Shown here one piece after another: positions 1-11,548 of a DNA stretch of 64,000 nucleotides. The stretch's first letter is position 1. Every line of letters starts with the position of its first letter. The notes below the pieces were generated by a model that was given only the letters and a program-made list of their open reading frames with translations, was not told the DNA's origin and did not search any database. A program made the translations under genes and the position numbers. The DNA is from Perna viridis (Eukaryota). Location of the stretch: positions 27,058,103 to 27,122,102 of the forward strand of contig CM074519.1 of NCBI GenBank assembly GCA_037379345.1, given 5' to 3'.

Positions 1-2378
1 CATCATTTGTAATTTTAAAATAACTGGCTGTAGAACTAAGTGGGCATGATATTTATGTTTATGTAGTGCAAGGCAATAAAGTTACTTTATGAAAGTATCT
101 TAATAACAACTTAAAAAGTTAACAAGTCAGAAAGTTTATAGTTTTAGAAAAAAATATATTTTGGCAATCATTGAAAATCCGTTTTACTATTGAAATGGCG
201 CAAATGCAATTAGTGTCATCCTACAGTCGTTTCATAATGAGAGAAATTTCGTGTTTTTTTTTTTTTTGTATTAAAGGAGGAATCTAAGTCTTCTCGATCT
301 TTGTCAAGCCAGGAAGAGAAGACAATTAAAACGTCTTTAACCCTACAAAATGAGAACATTTTATTACAGTTGACGAAGGTGTCAGTTTTCTCTCCATTCT
401 GCAATAATTTAATTTCCGTTCCAAAAATAAATCTGTGCAGCAAACAGATGCAGAAAGCTCCGTCGTAGTAGATTGTTACTGTAATATCATTACAAAAGGA
501 TTGTTCCCCTCGACACTTAACAGTATGATATCTATTTAAATGGGTACACGTTTCTATTTTGTAATTGTATATAGGGTTTCTTTTTACATGTTCAAAGCAA
601 ATCATATGGTTATATTTTGACATGGAATACTTTTGCACATATAAACATTAGTTTTTAACTTTTAATTGTTAAGATAACATATCTAATTTATGTAGGAATA
701 AATGCCACTACCAAACCAAATTAATGGTTTGTAAGCCATTTCATAATGAAATTCATCATAAAAGTAATATAAACAATACTCGATAATCTGCAATCAATTT
801 AACAAAAAAAAATCGTAAGAGTGAAATTGATGGTATTCCATAATATGACGTCCTAACTCATAAGTTTATGGTATTATAATCTAAAAACGTTTACAGTTAT
901 GATTTATGTAGACAAATAACATTGAAATAATATGTAATTCCCCGTAATTCTCCGTACCCCTACCCTTTTTATCCAAGCGTATATCTTAAAACAATGAAAG
1001 GTATAAGATTAAAGATAAATATATAGTACTGAGCTCTTCTTTTAACTTCCAATTTTATCTAAATGTAAACGAAATATTGTTTACAATATCGTAATATTAA
1101 ATATTTTTACTATTGTTATTACAAGTTGCTGTCCCACATAACTTTGGGCGTAATGGACCATGAGTAAGTAGTTTAAGCTTAAAAACGGAGTGTACCTGAA
1201 TAATCAGAAAAAAAAACATGAAATAGTTTTTAAATTATTTTATTCAATGAATCAAATAATTCAATACAAATTGAACAATTAAGCGATAATTCCCTATTGA
1301 TAGATGAGATCCTTTGAAATTGGTTGATGTACAATACAGTCGTATTTTATTGGAAAAAACCCTTTTTTTCTAAAATCTGGTCTTCGGGGTAACTAAATTT
1401 GACGGTAGCACGCTTCCTTGGAATGATTATTGGGTCCTTACATATGAAGTTGATAGGTTGTCAAATAACAGTTTCAATAGTAACGTCAATCTTCACGACT
1501 GATTTCATTTTATGTTTCACGAGACACCTTTTAGGTCTCAGTATCGTATAGATTTCTCCATTGGCTCTAATGCTAACTGTACATGTTTCAAATTTTTTTT
1601 AAAAATTGAAAAGTTGATTCAAATAAACTTTCATACATATATCATGTTTCAAGAAATGTTCAAATTTGATTTTAACTTAAAAAACCTAGACCAGTCCACG
1701 AAGATTGGAAAATCATCAAACCTTGAAGTCAAGAGCACATGTTTTCTACTTTCACTTTGGTGTTGTTGTTGTGCTGCAGTACTCCCTATCAACTAGATAT
1801 CCTTCCTCTTTCCTGTCTTTGAATCTGTAAATAAAAATCACACATTTTTTCTACTTGGATACATCTTTAAATATGGCCAAAATTCAAGTTCAAAATTAAA
1901 TGCAGCTGTTTAAAAAAAAATAAGAAAAAAAAGGAACTCTATTTTATTAGCCTCCATGTTTTGACGTACACCCGCTCAAGAATATCAATACGATACTGGT
2001 ATCCATTAGTCTTTGAAGTTGCTGTCTGTGGTTATATAGGGATATAATATCAATAACACCTACTTATTGGGCCTATGAGATTTATGCTGCAGTGTAGTAT
2101 ATTATTACGATTAGCATTGGTTCGGGCTATTTATTTTTTGCCCTGCTTTCAAAACACTGATCTTCAATTTCTAAACGTCAAGAAAAAGTAGATTATATAA
2201 AGAAACAGGATTTGGAACATGGACAAAAACAACACGTGAAGTTTAGAACGACTAGACATGCCCCAAGTCCAAGCTCGATCTGTCAATTCACTTCGATGTA
2301 TTCTCCAAGTTTCTCGCACGCTAAAGAACCCTGTTGTGGTATTCAATATGAATATGTACCTTTGCGCTCCACCACAGG

Positions 2379-2607
2379 AGGCTAAATTGCCCGAATATAT
2401 AGCTACCCCCATCCCTCTCTTTTTTTAGTGGCAATCAAAATTTGTCGACCCTATATATTATCCTTGTGTCCCATCTTTTTTTTCATTTCGACATCATCAT
2501 TTCATGTTCATTTTGTCATTCATTTCATGTTCATCGCCTGAATATACTGATATATTGCTGCTCGGGCGTTAAACCTCAATAATCAATCAATCAATCAATC
2601 AATCAAT
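2379..2607 (+). mobile_element. SINE/LINE 3' end with (AATC)n tail
   Basis: Ends ...atattgctgctcgggcgttaaacctcaat(aatc)n. Homologous copies at ~22082-22282, ~26073-26301 and a short one at ~32048-32092. Confidence 0.65.
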
Positions 2608-2939
2608 CCGATATATTTTCCTGATAATAACGATTATGTTAGATACAAGTGTATTACATAGAAAATGTGACATATCTATATATGTTGATATCGTTTATTC
2701 ATGTACTTATAATAATGTTTTAAAAATTAAATATTTATTCAACGAAATTACATCTACAATTAATAAGTGTACCGAAATTAACAACAACAACAAAAATAGA
2801 AATTATACACAACATTGGAAACAAATCTGTCACAAGAAACTGTAATTATGTATTGGTATGGTAAAAAATGTACATTATCGACAATACCTGCAATTGCATT
2901 GCTAACTCTGATGTCAAAGAATACATGGTTTAACAAAGA

Positions 2940-4176
2940 ATGATATATCTTATCATTGTTGTCATTATTGTGGTGTTTTTGCAGGAAACGCACTGTGACA
3001 TTCAGTCTAAACAACTTCTTTAGTTAAAGTCTCTACAATCTGGTAACTTTATTTTTATTCTAAGCACTAAATGTATGTATTACTATTATGACAATACATT
3101 TTCCGATACTGTGAAAGTACTTTAATTCGTGGATACCAATTTTCGTGGATTATTTAAAAACACAAATTCGTGGATTCTTAAATTCATGGTTTTGAGATTT
3201 TCAGTATACACATTAATGTAAATATCCTTTTCGTTGGGAACAAAATTTCGTGGTTTAGCCTGCCCACGAAAACCACGGAAATTGGTACCCCACGAACAAT
3301 AGGACTTTCACATTATGCATATTCTAACATATAAAACTACCAATGTAATGAATATTGCATGTCTAGATATGATGTAAAGTTAACGTGGTTCAAAAAGTAC
3401 AGTGTCATCAGCAGCATTGATGCCAAATGCATAGGAAGATAAAGAAAATGGTTGTCTGCAAGAGGTACACAATAAATATCTAAACAGGGGTGCAATTAAA
3501 GGGTTCTAACATGTGCAATACATAGAAAAAAATTAGTGTTTAAGGATATGATGTCTTAATTGTCATAAATTGACACAATTTCGCGCTATTCGATATCAAT
3601 TCGAGTTCGTTTCTGTTTAATTACAATATGTTTAACATGTATTTCATATTTTTGATACCAAGTTGCGGCGATTTTCTTTTGCGAAATTAGCGCAAAAAGT
3701 GTGTATCAGAATAAATAAGTATACTTCAACAAAGCAAACAACGTAAAAAAGTCATCTAATAAAATATTAATTCAGTTTAAGCTTGGGTAAATTAATCTGC
3801 TTATCTATTGAAAACGAGCAATTCAAAATTTGTAAAAAAAAAAAAAAAAAAAAAAAATCGAAAAAAAGGTATTTCAATTCTTTATTACTACGCACAAATA
3901 CGTAAGAATTGAATTTAAAAAAAAACCTCATTCCTCATCGATCGGGTATATTCCCCGTCAATTACTAAATCGGAATTATCAATGAATATTATCGAAATTA
4001 TATCAAATATGAATTTATTTAAATTATTAGCATTGGTTCAATAATATCACACTGAAAACAATCATGACTTGCTATTATATTCATTTCAGGTGTATCATTC
4101 TATGGTAAGGCTGCAAATTATATATTGTCGCTGTTGAAGAATGGTATTCACCCAAAATTTCCTCAGCAGTGTTTAG
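2940..4176 (+). pseudogene. FReD gene A, truncated: exon 1 2940-3042 (signal peptide, TAG at 3021-3023) and exon 2 4090-4176
   Basis: Exon 1 reads MIYLIIVVIIVVFLQETHCDIQSKQLL*LKSLQS followed by a GT donor. Exon 2 reads GVSFYGKAANYILSLLKNGIHPKFPQQCL, with an AG acceptor and gtaagt donor. Both are homologous to exons 1-2 of genes B, C and D. Confidence 0.85.
3109..3313. mobile_element. MITE with terminal inverted repeats flanked by TA
   Basis: ta-ctgtgaaagtact ... aggactttcacat-ta. Duplicate at ~26803-27008 and a diverged family member at ~56289-56463. Confidence 0.65.
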
Positions 4177-4859
4177 GTAAGTTTATACATAGAAACAATG
4201 CTAAGGCTTCCAAAGTAATAATTCATGGCAATTGGTGGAGGTGATTCATGTTGTAGACAATTATACTTAACAGAGGATGATTTTTTTTTTTGGTTCTCAT
4301 ATGAGTTTTTTATATATACTTTGTATACATATTAGGGTTATTTAGAATGACTTCTCCTGTACTTGCTCGGTACGCCGGGATTACCACAAGTGAGGACAAA
4401 ACAAATTTATTAGAAAATGCTGAGGCGCATGTTTGTGCAACAAAAACAATATCATGATACAAATACAATAATAATTCAACGTTTTTAGAAATTCAAGTTG
4501 CAACCCTGTGTAAAGAGGTTTGACAGACGTAATAAAACATTTCTGGATAGTTCTGGTTTCGACTAAGATTTGAAATGTTGTAAATATGTTAATGTAATGG
4601 ATTTCGAATTGAAGATGATTTGGTCAAACAAAAAAAAGCTAGACAATTACGATATAAACTATGGAATCAATAGTTTTTCATGTTAGATCAGGTTCATCAC
4701 AATCAAATCTTTGTCGTTTCTGAGTTTTTCATAGATATAAATTTCTCGGCTTTGGTATGGGTTTTAAAAGAAAACGTATCTACTTCTGTCCAAAATTGTC
4801 ATTTTCGTAGCGTTTAGTGCTTTCGTTCATTTATTTCTAACATTTAATGTGTTCAATAC

Positions 4860-5420
4860 CATTGTCACAATCTGAAGTTTTCCCTCTACAAACAGCTGAT
4901 CACGAACCAGTGAAATCTTTTCTCTTTCTTTGCATTTTTTTGTACTGGATAAAGTTTTTTTTTATTTTATTTTCGAACTTAGCTGAAAATTGTTCACTGA
5001 CCGAAAATTTGTTCCTTTCAATTTGTAACAGTTTTTCATGACTAACTGGTTATCTTTCATTGAAACAAATTTAGCGACGATTAGTCGATCGCAGTTATTC
5101 TTTTTGTTTCCAAAAGGGTGTACAATCATGAAACTTGCCTCAAAGTTTATAGTTGATATGATTTTTTGTCACGGCGCTCTCTTGGTCCTCCTCTGTTTCA
5201 ACTTTTATTCTCGACACAATGATATTATTATTCATAGGCCGCCATTGTAGCTCGCCTACATCACTTTCTAGACAGTTCAATTTCACATCAACTCTTTTCA
5301 TATCGACTTTAATTTCCCCGTGACTACTGCTTTATTGTAAAGATTTTATCATTGACACGTACAACGACACCCATCTGTTCTTCAACAAGTTTGTTTCTGT
5401 TATGCATATATTTGCATTTA
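4860..5420 (-). mobile_element. Degenerate non-LTR retrotransposon ORF1 (coiled coil + L1-ORF1-like RRM region); duplicate at ~28573-29130
   Basis: Frameshifted minus-strand pieces LQWR..NNIIVS, DRLIVAKFVSMKDNQLV, KLKGTNF..SEQF, KLYPV and SLVRDQLFVEGK resemble invertebrate LINE ORF1 proteins. Confidence 0.6.
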
Positions 5421-5799
5421 TTTTCAGTATTTTCACATTGAATCTAAAACTGAATCTTATTTAGCCACTAGCTGCATTATTCGTGAAGCTGCCCGTTCAA
5501 ATGTTTTGCTTCGATTCTGAAAATCTGATACAACAACTAAAAGAATTCAATATTGTGACATGTTTGCTCTCAAATTCCTTAATTTCCTACATTTGGATTT
5601 AAAACATTTCTTAGAACACTAAATTCACCAAAATGAACCATGAAGAACAATCGAATTGTCATGGATCGCGTTAGCAGCGGCAGTTGCGTCGTGAAATAAA
5701 CAGAAAAAAAGAGTTTTTTTTTAATTAAACATTATTTGTAGACCATAAATACCGTAAAACAATGTTCTATCATTCCGCATGGATTCCATTCCATTTATA

Positions 5800-7520
5800 C
5801 AGCAAGCTTCTTGGCCTGTAACATTACTATAAGTATATCCAGATTTTCGTAGGAGCGGATAAACATGAACGTCCTCAGACAACAGATCTTGGTGATCTAT
5901 AGACCCCTACATCTCTGATATAAAGCTAGACTATGACGTTATGTGTTAGATAAAATAGTACACTATAATTAGATCAGTACTTGTTTTACTTTTTGTAAAT
6001 AAATAGCAATTATGTAACAGGGGGAAACTGTAAGTTGTTTTTGACATTTTTCTAACTAACACTTTACGGCATTTAATAACCTCCTCTGAATGCTGTGAAT
6101 GAGCTCAAAATAGACAAATCAATTATTAGCATAATTGATAATCAAACAAAGATATTTACGGCTACGTCTGAATATTGTCAATTGGTCACTGTCTCGAGAC
6201 AAAAATTGAGGTTCGTCACGGGATATTTTATTTTGATTAGATGGACGAAGATAACATGTTTCTCAGTTTGTTCACAATTATTTCCGCTGTAGAAAATATT
6301 TTTATCAATAGAACTGGTGATGTCGGAATGGATGACGCACTTTCAGCTAGGATTTCTAAGTGAAGAAATCTTATCACCCCCCCCCCCGAATGTAAGAGGG
6401 TTAACATCTGTGGTCACACTATCCGCTGTTTAAGTTTGTATTTCAGAATCTTCTTCGTTGCAAGATTTTCCGATGACTGATGATAAAGAAATTCATTCGC
6501 ACTCGGCTCTTCTCTGACGTATTGTTTTCGGTTCATCGTCGTTATCTGTTGGAGTCTCATATTGTTTCAACGGCGGGATTTTATTTAATTTTGATTCAAT
6601 GTTACCTTCTGCCACTTAACGTCGTTAGTTTTTGTTTTTGTGCCATTCCCTTATATTGCGGGTCAATAATGCAGGCTAGAACGTGTGTGGTTTGTCCGAT
6701 ATTGCTGTCATTTGGCCTAATGGGACGCTTTAATTCATCCCCGATACATTTCTTTACTTTACTTACGAGTAATCGAACTAGCATCATCGGATGCTTTCAA
6801 CGTTTTCTTCAAAGAGTCCGCATACTTTGGGGTAAATCTGTAAGGCAAAGACTTTTGATTCAGTGCTCAAGTATTTTGTAACATCAGACAGATATTTCAG
6901 CACAAGGGATATGATCTACAAACCATGAATTTACGGTAACATATCTATCGGTTTTCGTAGTGTCAGTCAATACACGGCACTGTTCAACAAGACTTTCTAG
7001 CATAAGTTTAGTCGCGTTCCATCTTGTAACGTAACCATATCTTGGATCAGTTTATGTTGAGGCATAACACCTACTTTCTGTCGTTTTCATAATTCGGCTG
7101 TTAGTGTGCTTCAAATTTAGAAATGCCCAACTAGTTTTCGACACTTTGCAACAATCTTCCTTCGATACGGCGACGATTTCGATTGTGGGTTTAATACGTT
7201 ACTGAAGCATTGGCCATAACAGCCCAGATCATAGCATTCTGTGCATCTAGCCCCAGCACATTCCATATTTCTTGCGTTGCCATGGATCACAGTATATATT
7301 TTGCCTTCCATTCCGACTTAATTTTGACTGCAATGGTCTCCCCGTTATCATGGGTAAACAAAACATTTGATGTTATTTACTATTTATAGGTTAAATGACG
7401 TTCTGACGTTCTATTACTGACAAATTATGTCATTTGATGTGGATGTCCACTCATCGGTTGTCAACGAAACAAACTGCACGGATTGAAGATCCTGAACGAG
7501 ATTAAATATCTGTTCTTCTT
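5800..7520 (-). mobile_element. hAT DNA transposase relic (ZBED1/ZBED4-like), 5' truncated by the duplication breakpoint
   Basis: Minus-strand motifs in canonical hAT order: SLTTDEWTS (~7440-7470), KCRKLVGHF (~7120), VTRWNATKLMLE (~6995-7030) and LACIIDPQYK (~6650-6680). Many stops and frameshifts; ends approximate. Confidence 0.85.
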
Positions 7521-7857
7521 ACTCGATGGGTGTTTTTCTAGAAAATCAGAGGACGCTTAATCTACCGGTGTACGTAGTACATGCTCCCAGTTTTAAATGG
7601 AGTCCGAGTTTCTCATTTACTTTTGTTACTTCGTAGGCATTATTTTTGGTTATTTTGGTTATTAGTTTCGCGGTAAAATTGAAGATTTCATTAAAATGTT
7701 CAAATAATACTAATATTCAATTAACGGCTGTACATACTGGCAATACTTGATAAGAAAAAGTTTCATGAAAAAATTTGGTTCATACATATATTAAATTTCA
7801 AGACCCAGTAAAGACTGCTACAGTGTACATGTATTTTTTTTATCAAATCTTAGTTAG

Positions 7858-9069
7858 AATTGTCAACTTTGAATCAGAGGCTAGAGGTTGGAGAGTACTG
7901 CAAGTTTTGGATAAAATGTAATGGTAATCCTGCAGAACCGGGGTTAGTACATTATGTAATATACAATAATTTCATATTAAACGTGGACTTTGTGTGGGTA
8001 GAATTTTGCGACTTGCAATCTACCTACATTTTGCATGAACGATAAATGAAAAAAAAATCACCTGACATAATACATTGATATAAAGGTGGTCTTCGAAATG
8101 AACCTAAAATATACGTCATAGACTTTGCGCCTTTATTATTGTCTTGACATTTATAAAATAACACACTCGGTATATCAAATTGAATTCTACAAATTGTCAG
8201 ATAACAATATAAAATCTAAAGCTAACGTCTGGTTATCGGTAAAAAGCGTAAATTTTATATGCCTAAATTTACGATGATACCAGTTAGAATAATGTTATAA
8301 CGAAAGTTGCATAAGAATTGTTATTGGATTACTTATAGCTGAATTGGGAAACATCTATTTAGAAATGTTTGATGACAAACGATTAAAGCTTTGTCAGGTC
8401 AATAAATAAATAAGTTTTTTTTTTCTAAACTTATTTTTTGCCTTTTTTGTTCGTTTTTTAATGTAATTTTGGTCATCATAACATTTTTACAAACTACTTT
8501 AAATACGGAATTCAATGACTCTATCCTACTTGTTATTGCTTGCGAACATACATTATCCATGAAAGAAACTCTTTGTTTTGAAAACTTGATATGGTAAAGA
8601 AATGCTACGATACTACAAGTTGGTACCTTATAGGTTTGTTGACGGCAATACATGTATCTACCTAAAAATCAATTGAAAATAGTTTCGTGAAGTTATTAAA
8701 TTTTAATAGTTCAATGCCATATTGCATTGCCTTTTCTTCCATTTAAGTGGTTATGCCATCAATCTACAAGAGAAGCCGGATGATTCAACTACCATTTTGT
8801 TCCATTTTAATCCCAGAGGAGCATCTTCAAAAGTCGCAATTAATTCTTGCATCAAGAAAAAGTGGAAGAAAGAAGTAACAATATCCGGTATGGATGTGAA
8901 AGACATCTTCTATGACAACCGATATGAATTGAAACTTTACATCAAAGATCGCCGCCAGGTTGGCGTTTACGTCAACGATGTTTTGAAAACTGATTACGTC
9001 TGTCCGGAAGACATTACCGAAGCTAGATACGTCTGCTTCTCCGATGACGTCAGTATCCTTACTGATTAA
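7858..9069 (+). CDS. Galectin-like carbohydrate-recognition domain, two exons (7858 or 7854-7942; 8748-9069); no start exon of its own is visible
   Basis: The spliced frame is open: LSTLNQRLEVGEYCKFWIKCNGNPAEPG|GYAINLQEKPDDSTTILFHFNPRGASSKVAINSCIKKKWKKEV...YVND...SILTD*. It carries the galectin signature INL...FHFNPR...VxxNS...WxxE. The phase-2 intron is GT..AG, and AATAAA lies at 9100-9105. Confidence 0.8.
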
Positions 9070-10594
9070 ATATTGGCTGACTGTACGTTTATGTTTTGTA
9101 ATAAATTATTCATTATTTGAACTGCTTTATTACGTAATAGTTCTCTCTCTAGGTAATAACATAAGTATGTAAAGTAAACTCGTATAGTATTGGTTGCAAA
9201 CATGAAGCTGAAATACAAACTTATTTACTGATTACTCGTTTGTGTATTTTTGTTTACTCCTACACCCTTGTACATGTAGTGACATTCTATGTTTAGATTA
9301 ACGAAATAATCATGCAGTAGATCAATGTTTTATTTCCATTTTTAAACCCATCAAACTTATTGCTTATCGGATTTTATTCATTCACAATGTAACGGTGCAA
9401 CTGGTGGAGTAGGACATACTGTTGTGACTCCCAGTATTACACTGTAAGGGGTGTTCATATTTCACATGCTTTAGTCTTTTTGTGTTCTTTCTTAATTGCT
9501 TTACCTTCAGATTTTTACGATGTCTCTGAATCGCTCTGTTTCGATACTTCGGTATTGTTTTGCAGATTCGTTGATACAAAGGTGTAAATTCCTCTATTAT
9601 TGCTAATAGGGACTTCAGAGTCCATGTAATCAACAGAAGTATTTCAAGACATTGGGGAAAGTAAAAAAATAAATTGCTTACACACTGGTAGAATAGTTCT
9701 TATTGTTCTGTAACAGATGGTTTCAGATACCTGCTCAAAAACCTAAAATAGGCGCAATCAAAATATTTTGTATAGATGACATATAGTCCTGTTTGCCATT
9801 TTTTTAAGATTTTAAGTCAATGACCCCAGCAACTTAAAATCAGCAGCGGCAAGTTCGATCACGAAAACAATGAAGTCGAAATTCCAATAGTGTAACCAAG
9901 TTACGGTATTTATCTACAATGTAGCTGGAGAAACAACATCTTCCACATGTAGCAGACTGGTTATAAAATCATTTATAAATAAATGATTGGTACTTTTGTA
10001 TTTTGCAACTTAATTTATTTTCTGTTAGTTAGAGACACTGATTTGTGAATGAACATCACAAACAATGTAAACAAATGCATGATTATTTTCAACCAGCTAC
10101 AATGAACTAGTCTGTATACATGACTTGGGATAAAACAACTTTTGATGAGATACATTTGATTTATTTTGTTCAAACAGACAATTGATTATTTGATATTAGT
10201 CTGTTGGCGACAGAGTCTAAAGCATCTCAAAAAAGTATGTATCTGAAGCTTTCTGCTCGAAGTATCGTGCATTGCGAAAATATGTTAAGCTATGACAGTT
10301 AACAGCGGAAGTCGTTTTGTGCTACTTCCAGTTTAGTGTTATTTACGAAGTACACGTATATCACAATGGTATGTTTAAAATTTGACTGAGACCCATAGCA
10401 TAGCAAATTCTCGCATTAAGCCGTATTGCGGTATTTCATCATATCATGCCAGTTTGTCTTTAAAAAATGAACAAATGATAAATGTAGTAGATACAATTTT
10501 CCCCCAGCAGTTATATATGCGAGCAACCAAAAAGGAAAGAATCGTTCAAACTTTCGAATACATAAAAAAAATAAACAACACAAAGTAGAAAATA

Positions 10595-10799
10595 TTACGA
10601 TAGCCTATTGAGCACATTTTCGTAAACTAGAAAATTCACAAATGATAGCTTTTTGAGAAAAAAAATCTCGATCTCCATAATGCTTGTTTGCATAATAAAA
10701 AAAAATATTTTGCGTTATTACCCGTAAGTTTTGCGGTTTAACGCGTCACGCAAAAAATATGTTTTAGTCTACGAAAATGAGGTCAATGGGCTTTTGTAA
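10595..10799. mobile_element. MITE with ~38-bp imperfect terminal inverted repeats
   Basis: ttacgatagcctattgagcacattttcgtaaactag ... ttagtctacgaaaatgaggtcaatgggcttttgtaa. Confidence 0.6.
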
Positions 10800-11447
10800 A
10801 ATATCCCTTCAAAAGGAATACATAGAAAAAAAACTTATACAATAGTAACGAATTATCGATATAGAATAAGAATTTCTTTCAAGATGAACTTCGAATCATT
10901 AGCGACAGTTATGAAATACAACTACGGGAAATGTATACAGACGATAAATTAATTTTACACCAGAAGCAACATTATTCTGTTACACAATACACTCATTATA
11001 TCAAAATAAAAGTATTGTTTCAGAAACTACATAGTTTCTGTAAGGCAATAGAAACAGTGAGTTCAACAACAATGATATACATGTACCTTATCTCTGCTGC
11101 TGCTGCTACAGTTCGAAAACGTTTTAAAGTGAAATTAACAAAATTAACAAAATTGTCGGCCAAAAGGTACTTCAACACCCAGGACTCACCCCAGGGTAAC
11201 ATCTATGTTGACGATAGCATATGACGTAGAAATTTCAATTTTATGCATCTATATTATTGACTCTTAGGTGTACTATTATGGAATCTATTGCCCCCCCCCC
11301 CCCACACACACACCCTAGTATATACTGTTAATGTTTTCAGCAAATTTAAAATTGGTATTTCAGGTAAGTGTGTTTAGTGTTGTTTTTATAATTAGATCCA
11401 TTTTTCAATGCAATAAATGACTTTCCATTAACTAAATAAATGTTCAA

Positions 11448-11527
11448 GTAATACACATAACCACAGGATTACGTCACAAGGAAGTTATGAACTCAGATTT
11501 GATTTACGAGCTTAAGAAGGCATTACA
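11448..11527 (+). pseudogene. Orphan 5' half of a FReD exon 5
   Basis: Reads NTHNHRITSQGSYELRFDLRA*EGIT versus gene B exon 5 NKHINKLTSRGSYELRFDLRDWDDNT. Shares agttatgaactcagatttga exactly; the acceptor is mutated (caa). Confidence 0.8.
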
Positions 11528-11548
11528 TGAATCATCTTCCAAATATAC

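Larger units (their letters stand above)
1..7663. repeat. Segmental duplication copy 1 (runs off the window start); near-identical to 23659-31371
   Basis: The sequence at 1 (catcatttgtaattttaaaa) recurs at 23659 and stays collinear up to ...tattttggttatt at 7663/31371. The ORF track is duplicated (e.g. 1512/25164, 6480/30188). Differences are scattered SNPs and small indels, e.g. 40 nt present at ~25815-25854 and absent at 2160. Confidence 0.97.

Noticed and set aside
216-638. 140-aa Cys-containing minus-strand ORF (and copy at 23890-24291), considered as an Ig domain of a FREP
   Set aside because: No recognisable Ig motif, wrong strand relative to the FReD genes, and the two copies differ by a frameshifting homopolymer.
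3021-3023. Programmed readthrough or recoding of in-frame stops in the FReD genes
   Set aside because: Stops occur at different positions in different paralogs and are accompanied by frameshifts and a broken acceptor; ordinary decay explains them.
6480-6881. 133-aa plus-strand ORF conserved in both duplicates
   Set aside because: Antisense to the hAT relic; conservation only reflects the recent duplication.
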